Shown here one piece after another: positions 18,087 through 27,160 of a DNA stretch of 64,000 nt. The notes under the pieces were generated by a model. It saw only the letters and a program-made list of their open reading frames with translations, was not told the DNA's origin and did not search any database. Within the stretch, counting starts at the first letter, position 1. Every line of letters begins with the position of its first letter. Source of the DNA: Ilumatobacteraceae bacterium (GTDB taxonomy: Bacteria > Actinomycetota > Acidimicrobiia > Acidimicrobiales > Ilumatobacteraceae); the NCBI GenBank assembly GCA_017856375.1, contig JAFMFC010000001.1, forward strand, positions 27,455-91,454. The letters run 5' to 3'. Made by a program: the position numbers and the translations under genes.

Positions 18087-18956
18087 TCAGATCCCCAGCG
18101 CTGTTGCCAGGTCTGAAATCTGTTCCTTGAACCTTGTCCGCGACATTCCCATTGCCACAACCATCTCGTCGATTCCCAATTTGACCAACCCGTCCCGATA
18201 ATCCGCGAGGTCTCGGAGGTCTCCTTTGAAGGGCAGGCCGACATTGAGTTTGACCTGCTCGCGAGTTCGCCCGAACTTCGCCAACTTGAGATCGATTTCG
18301 ACCAACTTTTCGGCCACTTCATCGAGCGAGAGCTTCCAACCATGCCAGCCATCGCCCAGTTTGGCCACTCGTGTGAGTGCTGCGGGACTGTTGCCACCAA
18401 TGACGATGGGAATTCTGCCGCTGGTCGGCTTGGGAAAAAAGATGGCGTTTTCGAACGAGACGAACTCCCCGGAGAAGTTGGATCGCTTGGACGACCACAA
18501 TTCGCGCATCGCGAGGATCCACTCATCGCATCGCTTCCCACGATCATCGAAGGAAATTCCGAGTGCGGCGTACTCCTCGACTGACCAACCGACGCCAATT
18601 CCGTATTCGACTCGCCCCTTCGACACCATGTCGAGTGTCGCCAGTTCCTTTGCGCGGATGACGGGATGGCGCTCAGTGACAATCTCGACGGATGTCCCCA
18701 GACGAATCCGGTCGGTCACCAGTGCCGCCTCCAAGAGCGTCATCGCGGGTTCGAGGATCCCCTGGTTCGCCTTGAATTGAATTGCACCATCATCCGTGTG
18801 CGGATATTTCGACTGATAGTTGTCGAAGAACACGACGTGGTCAGGAACCCACAACGAATCGAACCCACAGTGTTCGACATGTTTGGCGAATTCTCGCACG
18901 TGTTCGACACCGCGCCCTTCCGTACCGTCAAAGATCTGAACGATTCCGACTTTCAT
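18087..18956 (-). CDS. LLM-class F420-type oxidoreductase (Rv2161c-like), paralogue 2
   Basis: 289 aa with WVPDHVVFF...YP, KGRVEYGIGVGWSVEEYAALG and FPKPTSGRIPIVIGG. About 45% identical by eye to 13537..14412. Confidence 0.88.
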   Translation of the reverse strand: MKVGIVQIFDGTEGRGVEHVREFAKHVEHCGFDSLWVPDHVVFFDNYQSKYPHTDDGAIQFKANQGILEPAMTLLEAALVTDRIRLGTSVEIVTERHPVIRAKELATLDMVSKGRVEYGIGVGWSVEEYAALGISFDDRGKRCDEWILAMRELWSSKRSNFSGEFVSFENAIFFPKPTSGRIPIVIGGNSPAALTRVAKLGDGWHGWKLSLDEVAEKLVEIDLKLAKFGRTREQVKLNVGLPFKGDLRDLADYRDGLVKLGIDEMVVAMGMSRTRFKEQISDLATALGI

Positions 18957-19043
18957 CAGTTGTCAACAGCCACGGTTACCACCAGTGCTTTTTCCCCAAA
19001 CAAACGCTAGTTAGCATAATGATGAGGGGCAAAAGGGGACAAG

Positions 19044-19478
19044 TTGACTACCTATATGTCGTTCCTTGAACGAGTTCGGCGACTCCACTCGTCGTACTGC
19101 GCCTGCGTCGACAACGAGGATTTTGATGGGCTCGTCTCACTCTTCGCCCCAGATGCGGAGATCAACTACGGACCGACCATGAAAGCGCAAGGTTCCAAGT
19201 CGATCGACCGATTGTTCCGTGCCCTGCGCACGAGTTGTGAGGCGACCAGCCACCACACCACCAACACCACCGCCGATCCGTCATCGCTTTCCGGCATGAC
19301 CTACGTGATGGCTTGGCACAAATTTGCGGATGCCCCAGACCTCGTGGTGTGGGGTCGCTACCTCGACGAATTCGTCACCAAGGATGACGAGCTGCTCGTC
19401 TCCAAGCGAACATTGCTCGTGCACGGATCCACCCGTCCCATGCCCTTCAACTCACTGCCGCGAATCATGCTGAAGTGA
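19044..19478 (+). CDS. SnoaL/NTF2-like protein
   Basis: 144 aa with RLHSSYCACVDNEDFDGLVSLFAPDA...ATSHHTTN. The TTG start lies 5 nt after AAGGGGA. The 3' end overlaps the convergent LLM by 14 nt. Confidence 0.75.
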   Translation: MTTYMSFLERVRRLHSSYCACVDNEDFDGLVSLFAPDAEINYGPTMKAQGSKSIDRLFRALRTSCEATSHHTTNTTADPSSLSGMTYVMAWHKFADAPDLVVWGRYLDEFVTKDDELLVSKRTLLVHGSTRPMPFNSLPRIMLK

Positions 19479-20454
19479 CGTATTTGGCGTACTCACGCAT
19501 GTTCTTTTCGTAATCGACGTTGGGAAACCTGGGCGAGCAGACGATGTCGCTCACGCCACCCAAGGCCTTCACTTCACGGATGAATTCTTCGTCGGACTTC
19601 CACGACTCTTGCGTGCGCCCCTCATTACGTCTACCGACCACCACCCGGACGTCGCTCATCTTTCGACCACAATCTGCGAGCTTGCCGTCAAAGACATCCA
19701 GCACCTTGGCAATCTGAGAAACGTCGAGGTCATAGATGATAAGGCCGTCACCGATTCGCGCCGCACGATCGATCGCCCGCAGCGACTGTCCTCCCACGAG
19801 AAGGGGTACGTGCGGTTTCTGCAGCGGCTTCGGAAACGCCAGCAGCGGCTTGAAACTCACCGTGTCACTTGTGTACGAGCTGACATTCTCCGTCCATAGC
19901 GACTTGAGTGCACCGACATAGTCCTCCATGCGCTCGCCGCGATTCTCGAATGGAACGCCACATGCCTCGTACTCCTCTTTCAACCAACCGACTCCCACAC
20001 CAAGATCGAAACGGCCGCCAGTCAGTTGATCAACCGTGGCGATTTCTCTGCCGAACACAACTGGGTTGCGCTGGGGAAGGATGACGATGAACGTGCCGAA
20101 TCGGAGAGTGGTCGTCACTGCCGCTGCGGCCACCGCGACGATTGGTCCATCCATTATTCCTCGTGTTCCGGTATTCCCTTCCTCCTTGCGGGTACGTGAA
20201 ATTTCAGCCGCGCCTGTCGCACCATAGGGATATTTGGATTCGAAGGTTTCAAAAAAGACGACGTGTTCGGGCAACCACAGCTGGTCGTATCCGATGGACT
20301 CAATGAGCTGAGCGGTCTCTCTCAGGAAACCGAGCTCTCGTCCTGCTTCACCTAGGAATACCTCACTCAAGCCGATTCGCACCGAGCTGCGCGGCTCAAA
20401 CGAAGTCTTCTTTGGCTCGTACTCTTTCATCCAACCAAGCTCTCCACCGGACAT
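19465..20454 (-). CDS. LLM-class F420-type oxidoreductase (Rv2161c-like), paralogue 3
   Basis: 329 aa with WLPEHVVFF...YP, GGRFDLGVGVGWLKEEYEACG and FPKPLQKPHVPLLVGG. Confidence 0.88.
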   Translation of the reverse strand: MSGGELGWMKEYEPKKTSFEPRSSVRIGLSEVFLGEAGRELGFLRETAQLIESIGYDQLWLPEHVVFFETFESKYPYGATGAAEISRTRKEEGNTGTRGIMDGPIVAVAAAAVTTTLRFGTFIVILPQRNPVVFGREIATVDQLTGGRFDLGVGVGWLKEEYEACGVPFENRGERMEDYVGALKSLWTENVSSYTSDTVSFKPLLAFPKPLQKPHVPLLVGGQSLRAIDRAARIGDGLIIYDLDVSQIAKVLDVFDGKLADCGRKMSDVRVVVGRRNEGRTQESWKSDEEFIREVKALGGVSDIVCSPRFPNVDYEKNMREYAKYVTSA

Positions 20455-20456
20455 CG

Positions 20457-21215
20457 TTAGTTCCCCCCTTTCAATTGCCCACCCGTGACGCGTGCAAAAT
20501 CGTTCAGTGTCAAGGGAGTTTTGATTTCGTCGACTACTAGCTCTGCCGAGTTGGCGACACCTTGCGTCAACCGAATCCGACGATCGTTGTTCCAGCAGAA
20601 ATCCACACCGTCGCTGTCCTCTCGTTCCACTGTGCCACCGAGAAGATCTCCAAACACCCGACGGGCTCCTCTGACATCACTAGAAGACAGGTCAACTCGC
20701 ACGAACTTTGTCGGACGAGCAGCGACGAGATCATTCCACTCCGGTTCGGTGGGTGACTCCTTTTCGTGGGGACACTCAGCGATTTGGACAAGGATGCCAC
20801 CCGCCGTCTTCGGATGAACGAAAGCCTCCATCCAATTCGGGTTGTCGAGGCTGATTTGGATCAGCTCAATGCCCAGTTCTTTTGCCAGGTCGATCATCCC
20901 CCGAATGTCCTTGGTCCTGAAGGTCAAGTGATGGGGACCTGGACCGCGGCGTGACAGGAATCGGTTGGTGAAGTGATCTTCATCGGTCGAATTCGGGTGA
21001 ATCAGTTCCACTTTGAATCCACCGGGAAACGTGACCTGCACACCGCCGAATTGCCCATTCATCTCCCATAGACGCCACGTGAGTCCGAGTTCGTTGCGTA
21101 ACACCTTGAAAGACGTCCGCGGATCTGCCACGCAATATGCGATGTGGTCAAACCACAGGTCAGGGAAGGTTTCAATCGATGAATAGGTGACTGGTTTGTC
21201 AGGGAACAACGTCAT
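20457..21215 (-). CDS. VOC (glyoxalase/dioxygenase/epimerase fold) family protein, two-module
   Basis: 252 aa with FDHIAYCV and GPGPHHLTF His-containing beta-alpha-beta modules. 4-nt overlap with the ACS. Confidence 0.8.
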   Translation of the reverse strand: MTLFPDKPVTYSSIETFPDLWFDHIAYCVADPRTSFKVLRNELGLTWRLWEMNGQFGGVQVTFPGGFKVELIHPNSTDEDHFTNRFLSRRGPGPHHLTFRTKDIRGMIDLAKELGIELIQISLDNPNWMEAFVHPKTAGGILVQIAECPHEKESPTEPEWNDLVAARPTKFVRVDLSSSDVRGARRVFGDLLGGTVEREDSDGVDFCWNNDRRIRLTQGVANSAELVVDEIKTPLTLNDFARVTGGQLKGGN

Positions 21216-22741
21216 AACTCATCCCGCAGCAATCGCTTACGAATCTTTCCTTGCAAATCCTTCGGCAGATCGCTTCGAAAGACGACGCGCTTGGGCACCT
21301 TGTATGGAGCCAGTCGTTGTCGACAATGTCCGATAATCGCACCTTCGTCTGTGGACTTACCGTCACGAATCACCACGCAAGCGACCACCGCCTCGCTCCA
21401 CTTTTCATCCGGAACGCCAATGACCGCTACCTCGATCACTCCATCCACCTCGAGAATCGCTTGCTCTACCTCGAGTGACGAAACATTCATGCCGCCAGTC
21501 TTGACCACATCTTTCTTACGGTCATAGAAGAAGAGGTTGAGGTCATCATCTCGTCGAACGATGTCACCCGTGTGCAGCCACCCTCCGCGCACTGCCTCAG
21601 CGGTACGTGCCGGATCGTCGCGATACCCCTTCATCACGGCAGGAGATCTGACCACCATCTCACCCACCTCCGCCTCTTGTCCCTCATCGTCTACGACTCG
21701 AACTTCGAGGTGTGCAGTAGGTTTTCCGATCCAACGGAGATCACCGCCGGGGATATCCTCGAGTTGGCGAAACCATCCAATACTCCCCAGTTGGCTGAGT
21801 TCGGACTGTCCCCAATAGGTTGCCCACCACAGCTTCGGGACTTTGTCGACGAATGCCTTGAACACGCTCGCCTGATTCAAACCACCATATGTATGACACT
21901 GCTGGAGTGAACCCAGATCCGCCTGAATGAATCTCGGACTCTCGACCATCCTTCGATAGAACGTGGGCGTCTGCGACATATTCGTCACTCGTTCGGACTC
22001 GATTGCATCGATCACTACGTCAGGGTCAGTGGAGTCGAGAACCACCATCGTCGAACCCATCGACATGGCGTTGGTCACCGTGCCGATTCCAGCCATCGTG
22101 TGAATCGGTGCCAAGAGCAAGAACACATCAAGATTTCGCAAATAACCCTCGTAGGACCAAGCAGGCGTGGTGGCAATCATGAAGTTCCGATGGGTGATCT
22201 CTACACCCTTCGGCCTACTCTCCGTTCCACTCGTGTAGACAATTGCCGCAGTTGACGACTCGTCGATTAGCACCTCTGGCACATCAAATCGCATGCCCAG
22301 CGATTGTTCGAGCAAACCATCGAATTCGGTTACGGCAGCACCGTGACTCGTGAAAGGTACCCGGCTGTCCGTCGATCTTGTGGCCACGATTGCCGGTTTG
22401 CTGTGTTCGATCTGAAAGTCGATTTCATCATCGGTGTGGGCGTGATTGAGCATCGTGAACGAACATCCAGATTTCAATGTCGCCATGTAAGCGGCCACGA
22501 GATCTACGCCGTTCCGACCGATACCTGCAACGACAGAACCTGGAGCAAGTCCCGCCTCGATCCAGCGCGCAGCGAGCATGTTTGCATAATTGTCCAGCTG
22601 GCCGTAAGTGACGACCCGTCGCGAACCCGTCACCGATCTCTCAATCAGTGCCGCTCTCGTCGAATGACGTGCCGCATTGCGTTGCAGCATGTCTGAAATG
22701 ACTGCTCGGCGCAGACGATTATCGACGATGTCGTCCGCCAT
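21212..22741 (-). CDS. AMP-forming acyl-CoA synthetase (variant P-loop TSGTESRPKG)
   Basis: 509 aa with YTSGTESRPKGVE, LHTGDIVRRDDD and GKIRKRLLRD. The start directly abuts the mutase small-subunit stop. Confidence 0.9.
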   Translation of the reverse strand: MADDIVDNRLRRAVISDMLQRNAARHSTRAALIERSVTGSRRVVTYGQLDNYANMLAARWIEAGLAPGSVVAGIGRNGVDLVAAYMATLKSGCSFTMLNHAHTDDEIDFQIEHSKPAIVATRSTDSRVPFTSHGAAVTEFDGLLEQSLGMRFDVPEVLIDESSTAAIVYTSGTESRPKGVEITHRNFMIATTPAWSYEGYLRNLDVFLLLAPIHTMAGIGTVTNAMSMGSTMVVLDSTDPDVVIDAIESERVTNMSQTPTFYRRMVESPRFIQADLGSLQQCHTYGGLNQASVFKAFVDKVPKLWWATYWGQSELSQLGSIGWFRQLEDIPGGDLRWIGKPTAHLEVRVVDDEGQEAEVGEMVVRSPAVMKGYRDDPARTAEAVRGGWLHTGDIVRRDDDLNLFFYDRKKDVVKTGGMNVSSLEVEQAILEVDGVIEVAVIGVPDEKWSEAVVACVVIRDGKSTDEGAIIGHCRQRLAPYKVPKRVVFRSDLPKDLQGKIRKRLLRDEL

Positions 22742-23140
22742 TTATATTCCAGAAGTCAATCGGTGCGCAGCCTCGGCAATGGCGGCGAGCGTTGTTCCCG
22801 GTGGATACACCTCGACGCCAAGTTCCCGGAGTTTCGAGGCGGCACCTGGCGGCACTGTTCCCCCGCAAAAGACCGGGATGCCATCGAGACCGACTGCCTT
22901 CAGTTCATCCATGATGCGATAGACGACTTCAATTCGTCCACCCACATTGAGACCGACCAAATCGACGTCCTCATCGCGCGCAACCTGAGCGATCTGAGAG
23001 GGGCGCAACATTCCCCCGAGGATGACCTCGAACCCTGCATCACGCAGGGCTCTAGCGACGAGTGACACGCCACGCCAGTGACCATCCAGGCTCGTCTTGG
23101 CGATCAGTACCTTTGCGCGAAATTCATTCTGGTTCGACAT
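22742..23140 (-). CDS. cobalamin (B12)-binding small subunit of an acyl-CoA mutase
   Basis: ORF 22742..23176; the likely start is MSNQNEF. The DxHxxG motif reads SLDGHWRG, followed by DVDLVGLN and a CGG Rossmann-like B12-binding domain. Confidence 0.88.
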   Translation of the reverse strand: MSNQNEFRAKVLIAKTSLDGHWRGVSLVARALRDAGFEVILGGMLRPSQIAQVARDEDVDLVGLNVGGRIEVVYRIMDELKAVGLDGIPVFCGGTVPPGAASKLRELGVEVYPPGTTLAAIAEAAHRLTSGI

Positions 23141-23142
23141 GA

Positions 23143-24768
23143 TCAGACTCCAAACTGATTTTCCGACACGTTCCACACTCCGAACGCATCACGAAATACT
23201 TGCCCGATTTCCCCGATAGATGCGTCCGCCTGGACCGCACCCATCACAGCAGGAACGATGTTGCCATCACCACGACAGACTCCCTCCAACTCCCGCAATG
23301 CAGTCATCGTCGCTGTCGTGTGTCGCTCGCGTCGTAAAACCGTGAGCCTCTCCATTGCCTGAGCCCACGTCACGTCCCCCGAACGACCTTCAAATCCGTC
23401 CACATGCATGATCGGATCATCCACCAAGTGCGCATTGACGCCAACCAACTTCATCTCGTTCGCTTCGAATCGCTTGGCCTGTGCAGTCTGCTCGTCCGAA
23501 GCACGACCCCTCAACCAACCATTTTGAACTGTCGCCACAAAGCCTCCCTGACCTTGAATCTCGTCAAAAACCTCCCAGGCTCGCTTCTCCAGTTCATTGC
23601 AGAGACTCTCGATGTAGAACGACCCTCCAAGTGGGTCGACTACTGACGTGAGACCAGTTTCCTCTTGGAGAACTTGCTGGATTCTGATCGACATCAGGTG
23701 GGCATGATCGGATGGAATCGACAAAGCCTCGTCGTAGCCAGACACACCAAGCGACTGAGTTCCACCAAGAGCTGAAGCAAGAGCCATCACCGTGCCACGA
23801 ACGATGTTGTTGAATGGTTCTTGATACGTCATTGCACTTCCCGCAGTTACCACGTGGATACGCATACGCGAAGCCTTCGGGTCAGAAATCCCATAACGAT
23901 TCAGCAGCAGGTCGTGCCACATCTTGCGAGCCACACGCAACTTGGCAATCTCCTCGAAGAAGTCCATCGACACGCGGAAATTGACACCGCCAATTTGGTG
24001 TGCGAAATCAGCGGGCTTCAACCGACCCCGAGCCTGGATCCCATCGAGGTACTCGACCGCGGTCGACAACACCGCTGCCAATTCTTGTGGAGCATTCAAG
24101 CCGGAATCGGCCCCGTTGTATCCAGCGATCGAAACAGGTACCCACTTGGGCATGTGTTCGTTGCAGAACTCGATGATGTCGAGGTTGAAGCGCAGTGCAG
24201 CTTCGGGAGGGATCTGCTCCTTGCACGGGCAACCGAGATACGTAAGAAAGAAATCGCTCTGCCCCGTTCCCGCAATTTGCGACAACTTGAGCCCACGCGA
24301 CAGGGCCACGGACCAGTACGAACTCTGCGTATAAGGAGCCGACTGAGGCACACCTCCGCCGGGCTTGGCGTAGACCGACTCGATCGGAATGCCGTCCATG
24401 ATCGTCTGGTAGTCGCGGAGTCCAACGGTTACGGTGCCCGTCAAGCCCACGTCTTCACGCCGCTCGGCAACCTCCGGGTGATCGACGTCGTACAAATGGT
24501 CATCGGTCATGCGATCGTGCTTGACGATGATGCCGGTTTCACCAGCCTTGAGGAGAAACTTCAACCTTGCGTTCATGTCCTCGGGGCTGCCGAATCCGCT
24601 CAGCTGAAAGATTCGCCATGGCTTGCTGCGATACATCTCCGGGTAAGCACCGCGAATGAACGGCGCCTCGCCTGCTCCACCACGCAGTAGGTCCCACCAC
24701 GAATCTGGGACGTCATTTCGATCGTAAATCAATTTGCGCTCGATGCCTGAAGCTGACTGGTGTTCCAT
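23143..24768 (-). CDS. methylmalonyl-CoA mutase-family large (substrate-binding TIM barrel) subunit, divergent
   Basis: 541 aa with PFIRGAYPEMYRSKPWRIFQLSGFG, ISIAGY-type block VSIAGYNGADSG, FFEEIAKLRVARKMW and VDPLGGSFYIESL, which match the MCM/ICM family scaffold. Confidence 0.88.
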   Translation of the reverse strand: MEHQSASGIERKLIYDRNDVPDSWWDLLRGGAGEAPFIRGAYPEMYRSKPWRIFQLSGFGSPEDMNARLKFLLKAGETGIIVKHDRMTDDHLYDVDHPEVAERREDVGLTGTVTVGLRDYQTIMDGIPIESVYAKPGGGVPQSAPYTQSSYWSVALSRGLKLSQIAGTGQSDFFLTYLGCPCKEQIPPEAALRFNLDIIEFCNEHMPKWVPVSIAGYNGADSGLNAPQELAAVLSTAVEYLDGIQARGRLKPADFAHQIGGVNFRVSMDFFEEIAKLRVARKMWHDLLLNRYGISDPKASRMRIHVVTAGSAMTYQEPFNNIVRGTVMALASALGGTQSLGVSGYDEALSIPSDHAHLMSIRIQQVLQEETGLTSVVDPLGGSFYIESLCNELEKRAWEVFDEIQGQGGFVATVQNGWLRGRASDEQTAQAKRFEANEMKLVGVNAHLVDDPIMHVDGFEGRSGDVTWAQAMERLTVLRRERHTTATMTALRELEGVCRGDGNIVPAVMGAVQADASIGEIGQVFRDAFGVWNVSENQFGV

Positions 24769-24776
24769 TGCTCCTC

Positions 24777-25718
24777 CTAGAGACTTTCCAATTCGCCGGT
24801 CTGCGGTACGGCGATTTCACCGTCTACAAAACCAACCATGAACAAGAACGAACCTGGCTGGACCATGTTCGGCGAAGTCGTCAACATCAGCACCACGCCG
24901 TCGCGCGTTGACGAGAAACTCTCGTGAATGCCGTTCGATTGCGGGCTAACGATCTGGCCAATAGAGCCTGCATCAATTTTCGCTCCCACTTTGAGATCCC
25001 GTGAGGTTGACCAAATTCCCGTTGTCGAGGCCAACGCCAGTTGCACCTCCGCAATCCGGGGAACGCTTGACGCCCCAACCAAAGGCTCGTTGAGATGTCC
25101 ACGGGCACGTAAAAAATTGAGCGAACTGGTCACACCGGGGAGTTCATCCGCCGCAAGTCCACCCCCAAACTCCGCAAGGCAACTGGGAATCCCCCGAGCG
25201 GTCAAGACGGAAGACAACTGGGTGGGGTGTCCGCGCCCCACGATCACGGGCAGTACGCCCGTTGATGCAGACAACGACGGCAAACCGTAGTCGTAGGTGT
25301 AGTGCAGACCCATCGTTGGCGTCCCGGAATGAAGGTCGAGTACCGCATCACAACGGTCTTCGAGGAAGCGCAGAAGGTGATGTGCGGTCTGATCCGTTAC
25401 AAAACCCGATTGAGATCCAGGAAATCTGCGATTGAGCAACAGGGCGTCGGGGCCCATGCGACTGCCAATCTCGAGAGCTGCGGGGTTAGCACCAGGAACA
25501 ACAACAACCGAACCGCGGAAGTCGTCGCGCGAAGACAGATCCTCGACAACCCGATGCGCGGCAATCACGCCGAGAGGTTTGTCGCCCCAGATACCTGCAA
25601 CAATCCCCGAACGCGGGCCTGGTCGTCCGCCTTCAATGATGTACGCGGTAATTGACCAAGGGCTTCCATCGCCTCGCGCACCGAACGTGATCTGCGTGCG
25701 CTCAACTTTTGATCCCAT
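24777..25718 (-). CDS. succinylglutamate desuccinylase/aspartoacylase (M14, AstE/AspA) family homologue with a degenerate Zn site
   Basis: 313 aa with family blocks VVPGANPAA, LNRRFPG and VLDLHSG, but the expected GxHGxE reads GIWGDK (TGG and AAA codons verified). Confidence 0.8.
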   Translation of the reverse strand: MGSKVERTQITFGARGDGSPWSITAYIIEGGRPGPRSGIVAGIWGDKPLGVIAAHRVVEDLSSRDDFRGSVVVVPGANPAALEIGSRMGPDALLLNRRFPGSQSGFVTDQTAHHLLRFLEDRCDAVLDLHSGTPTMGLHYTYDYGLPSLSASTGVLPVIVGRGHPTQLSSVLTARGIPSCLAEFGGGLAADELPGVTSSLNFLRARGHLNEPLVGASSVPRIAEVQLALASTTGIWSTSRDLKVGAKIDAGSIGQIVSPQSNGIHESFSSTRDGVVLMLTTSPNMVQPGSFLFMVGFVDGEIAVPQTGELESL

Positions 25719-25725
25719 GGCTGAA

Positions 25726-27153
25726 TCAGACCGTCATCAACGGGCGCCGATCAGCCCATGGCGACTCGACTTCCAATTGTCGAGCCAGCTGGAAGAGCGT
25801 CTCTTCGTCTCCATAACGAGCGGCAAATTGCATTCCGACCGGCAAACCATCTGCCCAACCCAGAGGGACCGACATCGCTGGCTGGCCAGTTGCATTGAAC
25901 ATTGCGGTGAATGGGATGTATCCCCACAACGCCTTGAGGAATGACTGGAGATCATCGGTGTTCATGTCGAAGGTGCCGATCGGTTGCGGTGGCTTTGCCG
26001 TAGTGGGGCGCAGAATCACGTCGTACTCCCGCATGAATTCACCTACTGCTCGTCCTGCTTGATGGAGCGTTTCGACGGCTTTTACGTAGTCCACGGCACT
26101 CACCTGCTTACCGACGTCGACTCGGTATTGCATCACCTTCTCGAGATCTCCAGCCTGGGGTTCACGCCCGAGCACCGCTGCTCGCTTGCCCACATTGAAT
26201 GCGTGGTGCACTGCGATCACCTTCACATTGGCGTCTGATACCGCAGCTCCATCTATCTCAGGAATCGCCTCGACACACGTATGCCCGTTTGATCTCAGGA
26301 TGTTCACTGTTGACATCAATTCAGCGACTACGCGATCGTCCACCGGCGCGCCAGAAGGAGCAACGGCGGTGTACGCGATTTTTAACGGGCGCACACGTTC
26401 ACTGAGCGCATCGACAAACGATCGGCGAGGTGTGGGAATCCCATACGGATCTCCCGGCGCAGGTCCCGCGATCACGTCGAGGAGTGCAGCGGAATCGCGC
26501 ACCGATCGCGTGATGGCATGCTCGCTCGTCATACCGTTCCATCCTTCGCCCAGTTTCGGCCCAAACGAGGTACGCCCACGTGATGGCTTCAGCCCGAACA
26601 ATCCACAACAGGAGGCAGGAATACGAATCGAACCACCGCCGTCGGTGGCATGGGCAGCGGGGACGATTCCCGCGCACACCGCGGCGGCGGCTCCGCCGCT
26701 AGAACCACCCGCCGAATAAGCAAGGTTCCAAGGGTTTCGAGTGGGTCCGAACAATTGCGGCTCCGCAGACACGTTGCCACCCAGTTCCGGTGTATTCGTC
26801 TTGCCGAAAATGACCAAGCCGCTCTCTCGCAGCCGTCGGACGGTCACCGTGTCGTAGTCAGGCACGAAGTCCTTGAAGAACACGCTTCCTTGTGTCGTGG
26901 GAACCCCCGCATACATAGCGGTGAGGTCCTTCAACAGGTACGGCACACCATAGAGAACGGCGCTCTTGTCCGATTCCCGTAGCGCCCGGCGACCTTCAGA
27001 CTCCATCAAAGTTACGACAGCATTCACACTTGGATTAACGCGCTCAGTGATCGCAAGTGCAACGTCCAACAACTGACTACCAGAAACTTGACCGGACTTG
27101 ACCAATTCCGCCAGTCCCAGCATGTCGAAGGTCTGATACTCCTCGGTTTTCAT
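25726..27153 (-). CDS. amidase (amidase-signature family)
   Basis: 475 aa with LLKDL (Lys), GGSSGGAAAAV and GGSIRIPAS signature motifs. Confidence 0.92.
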   Translation of the reverse strand: MKTEEYQTFDMLGLAELVKSGQVSGSQLLDVALAITERVNPSVNAVVTLMESEGRRALRESDKSAVLYGVPYLLKDLTAMYAGVPTTQGSVFFKDFVPDYDTVTVRRLRESGLVIFGKTNTPELGGNVSAEPQLFGPTRNPWNLAYSAGGSSGGAAAAVCAGIVPAAHATDGGGSIRIPASCCGLFGLKPSRGRTSFGPKLGEGWNGMTSEHAITRSVRDSAALLDVIAGPAPGDPYGIPTPRRSFVDALSERVRPLKIAYTAVAPSGAPVDDRVVAELMSTVNILRSNGHTCVEAIPEIDGAAVSDANVKVIAVHHAFNVGKRAAVLGREPQAGDLEKVMQYRVDVGKQVSAVDYVKAVETLHQAGRAVGEFMREYDVILRPTTAKPPQPIGTFDMNTDDLQSFLKALWGYIPFTAMFNATGQPAMSVPLGWADGLPVGMQFAARYGDEETLFQLARQLEVESPWADRRPLMTV

Positions 27154-27160
27154 TCGTCAA

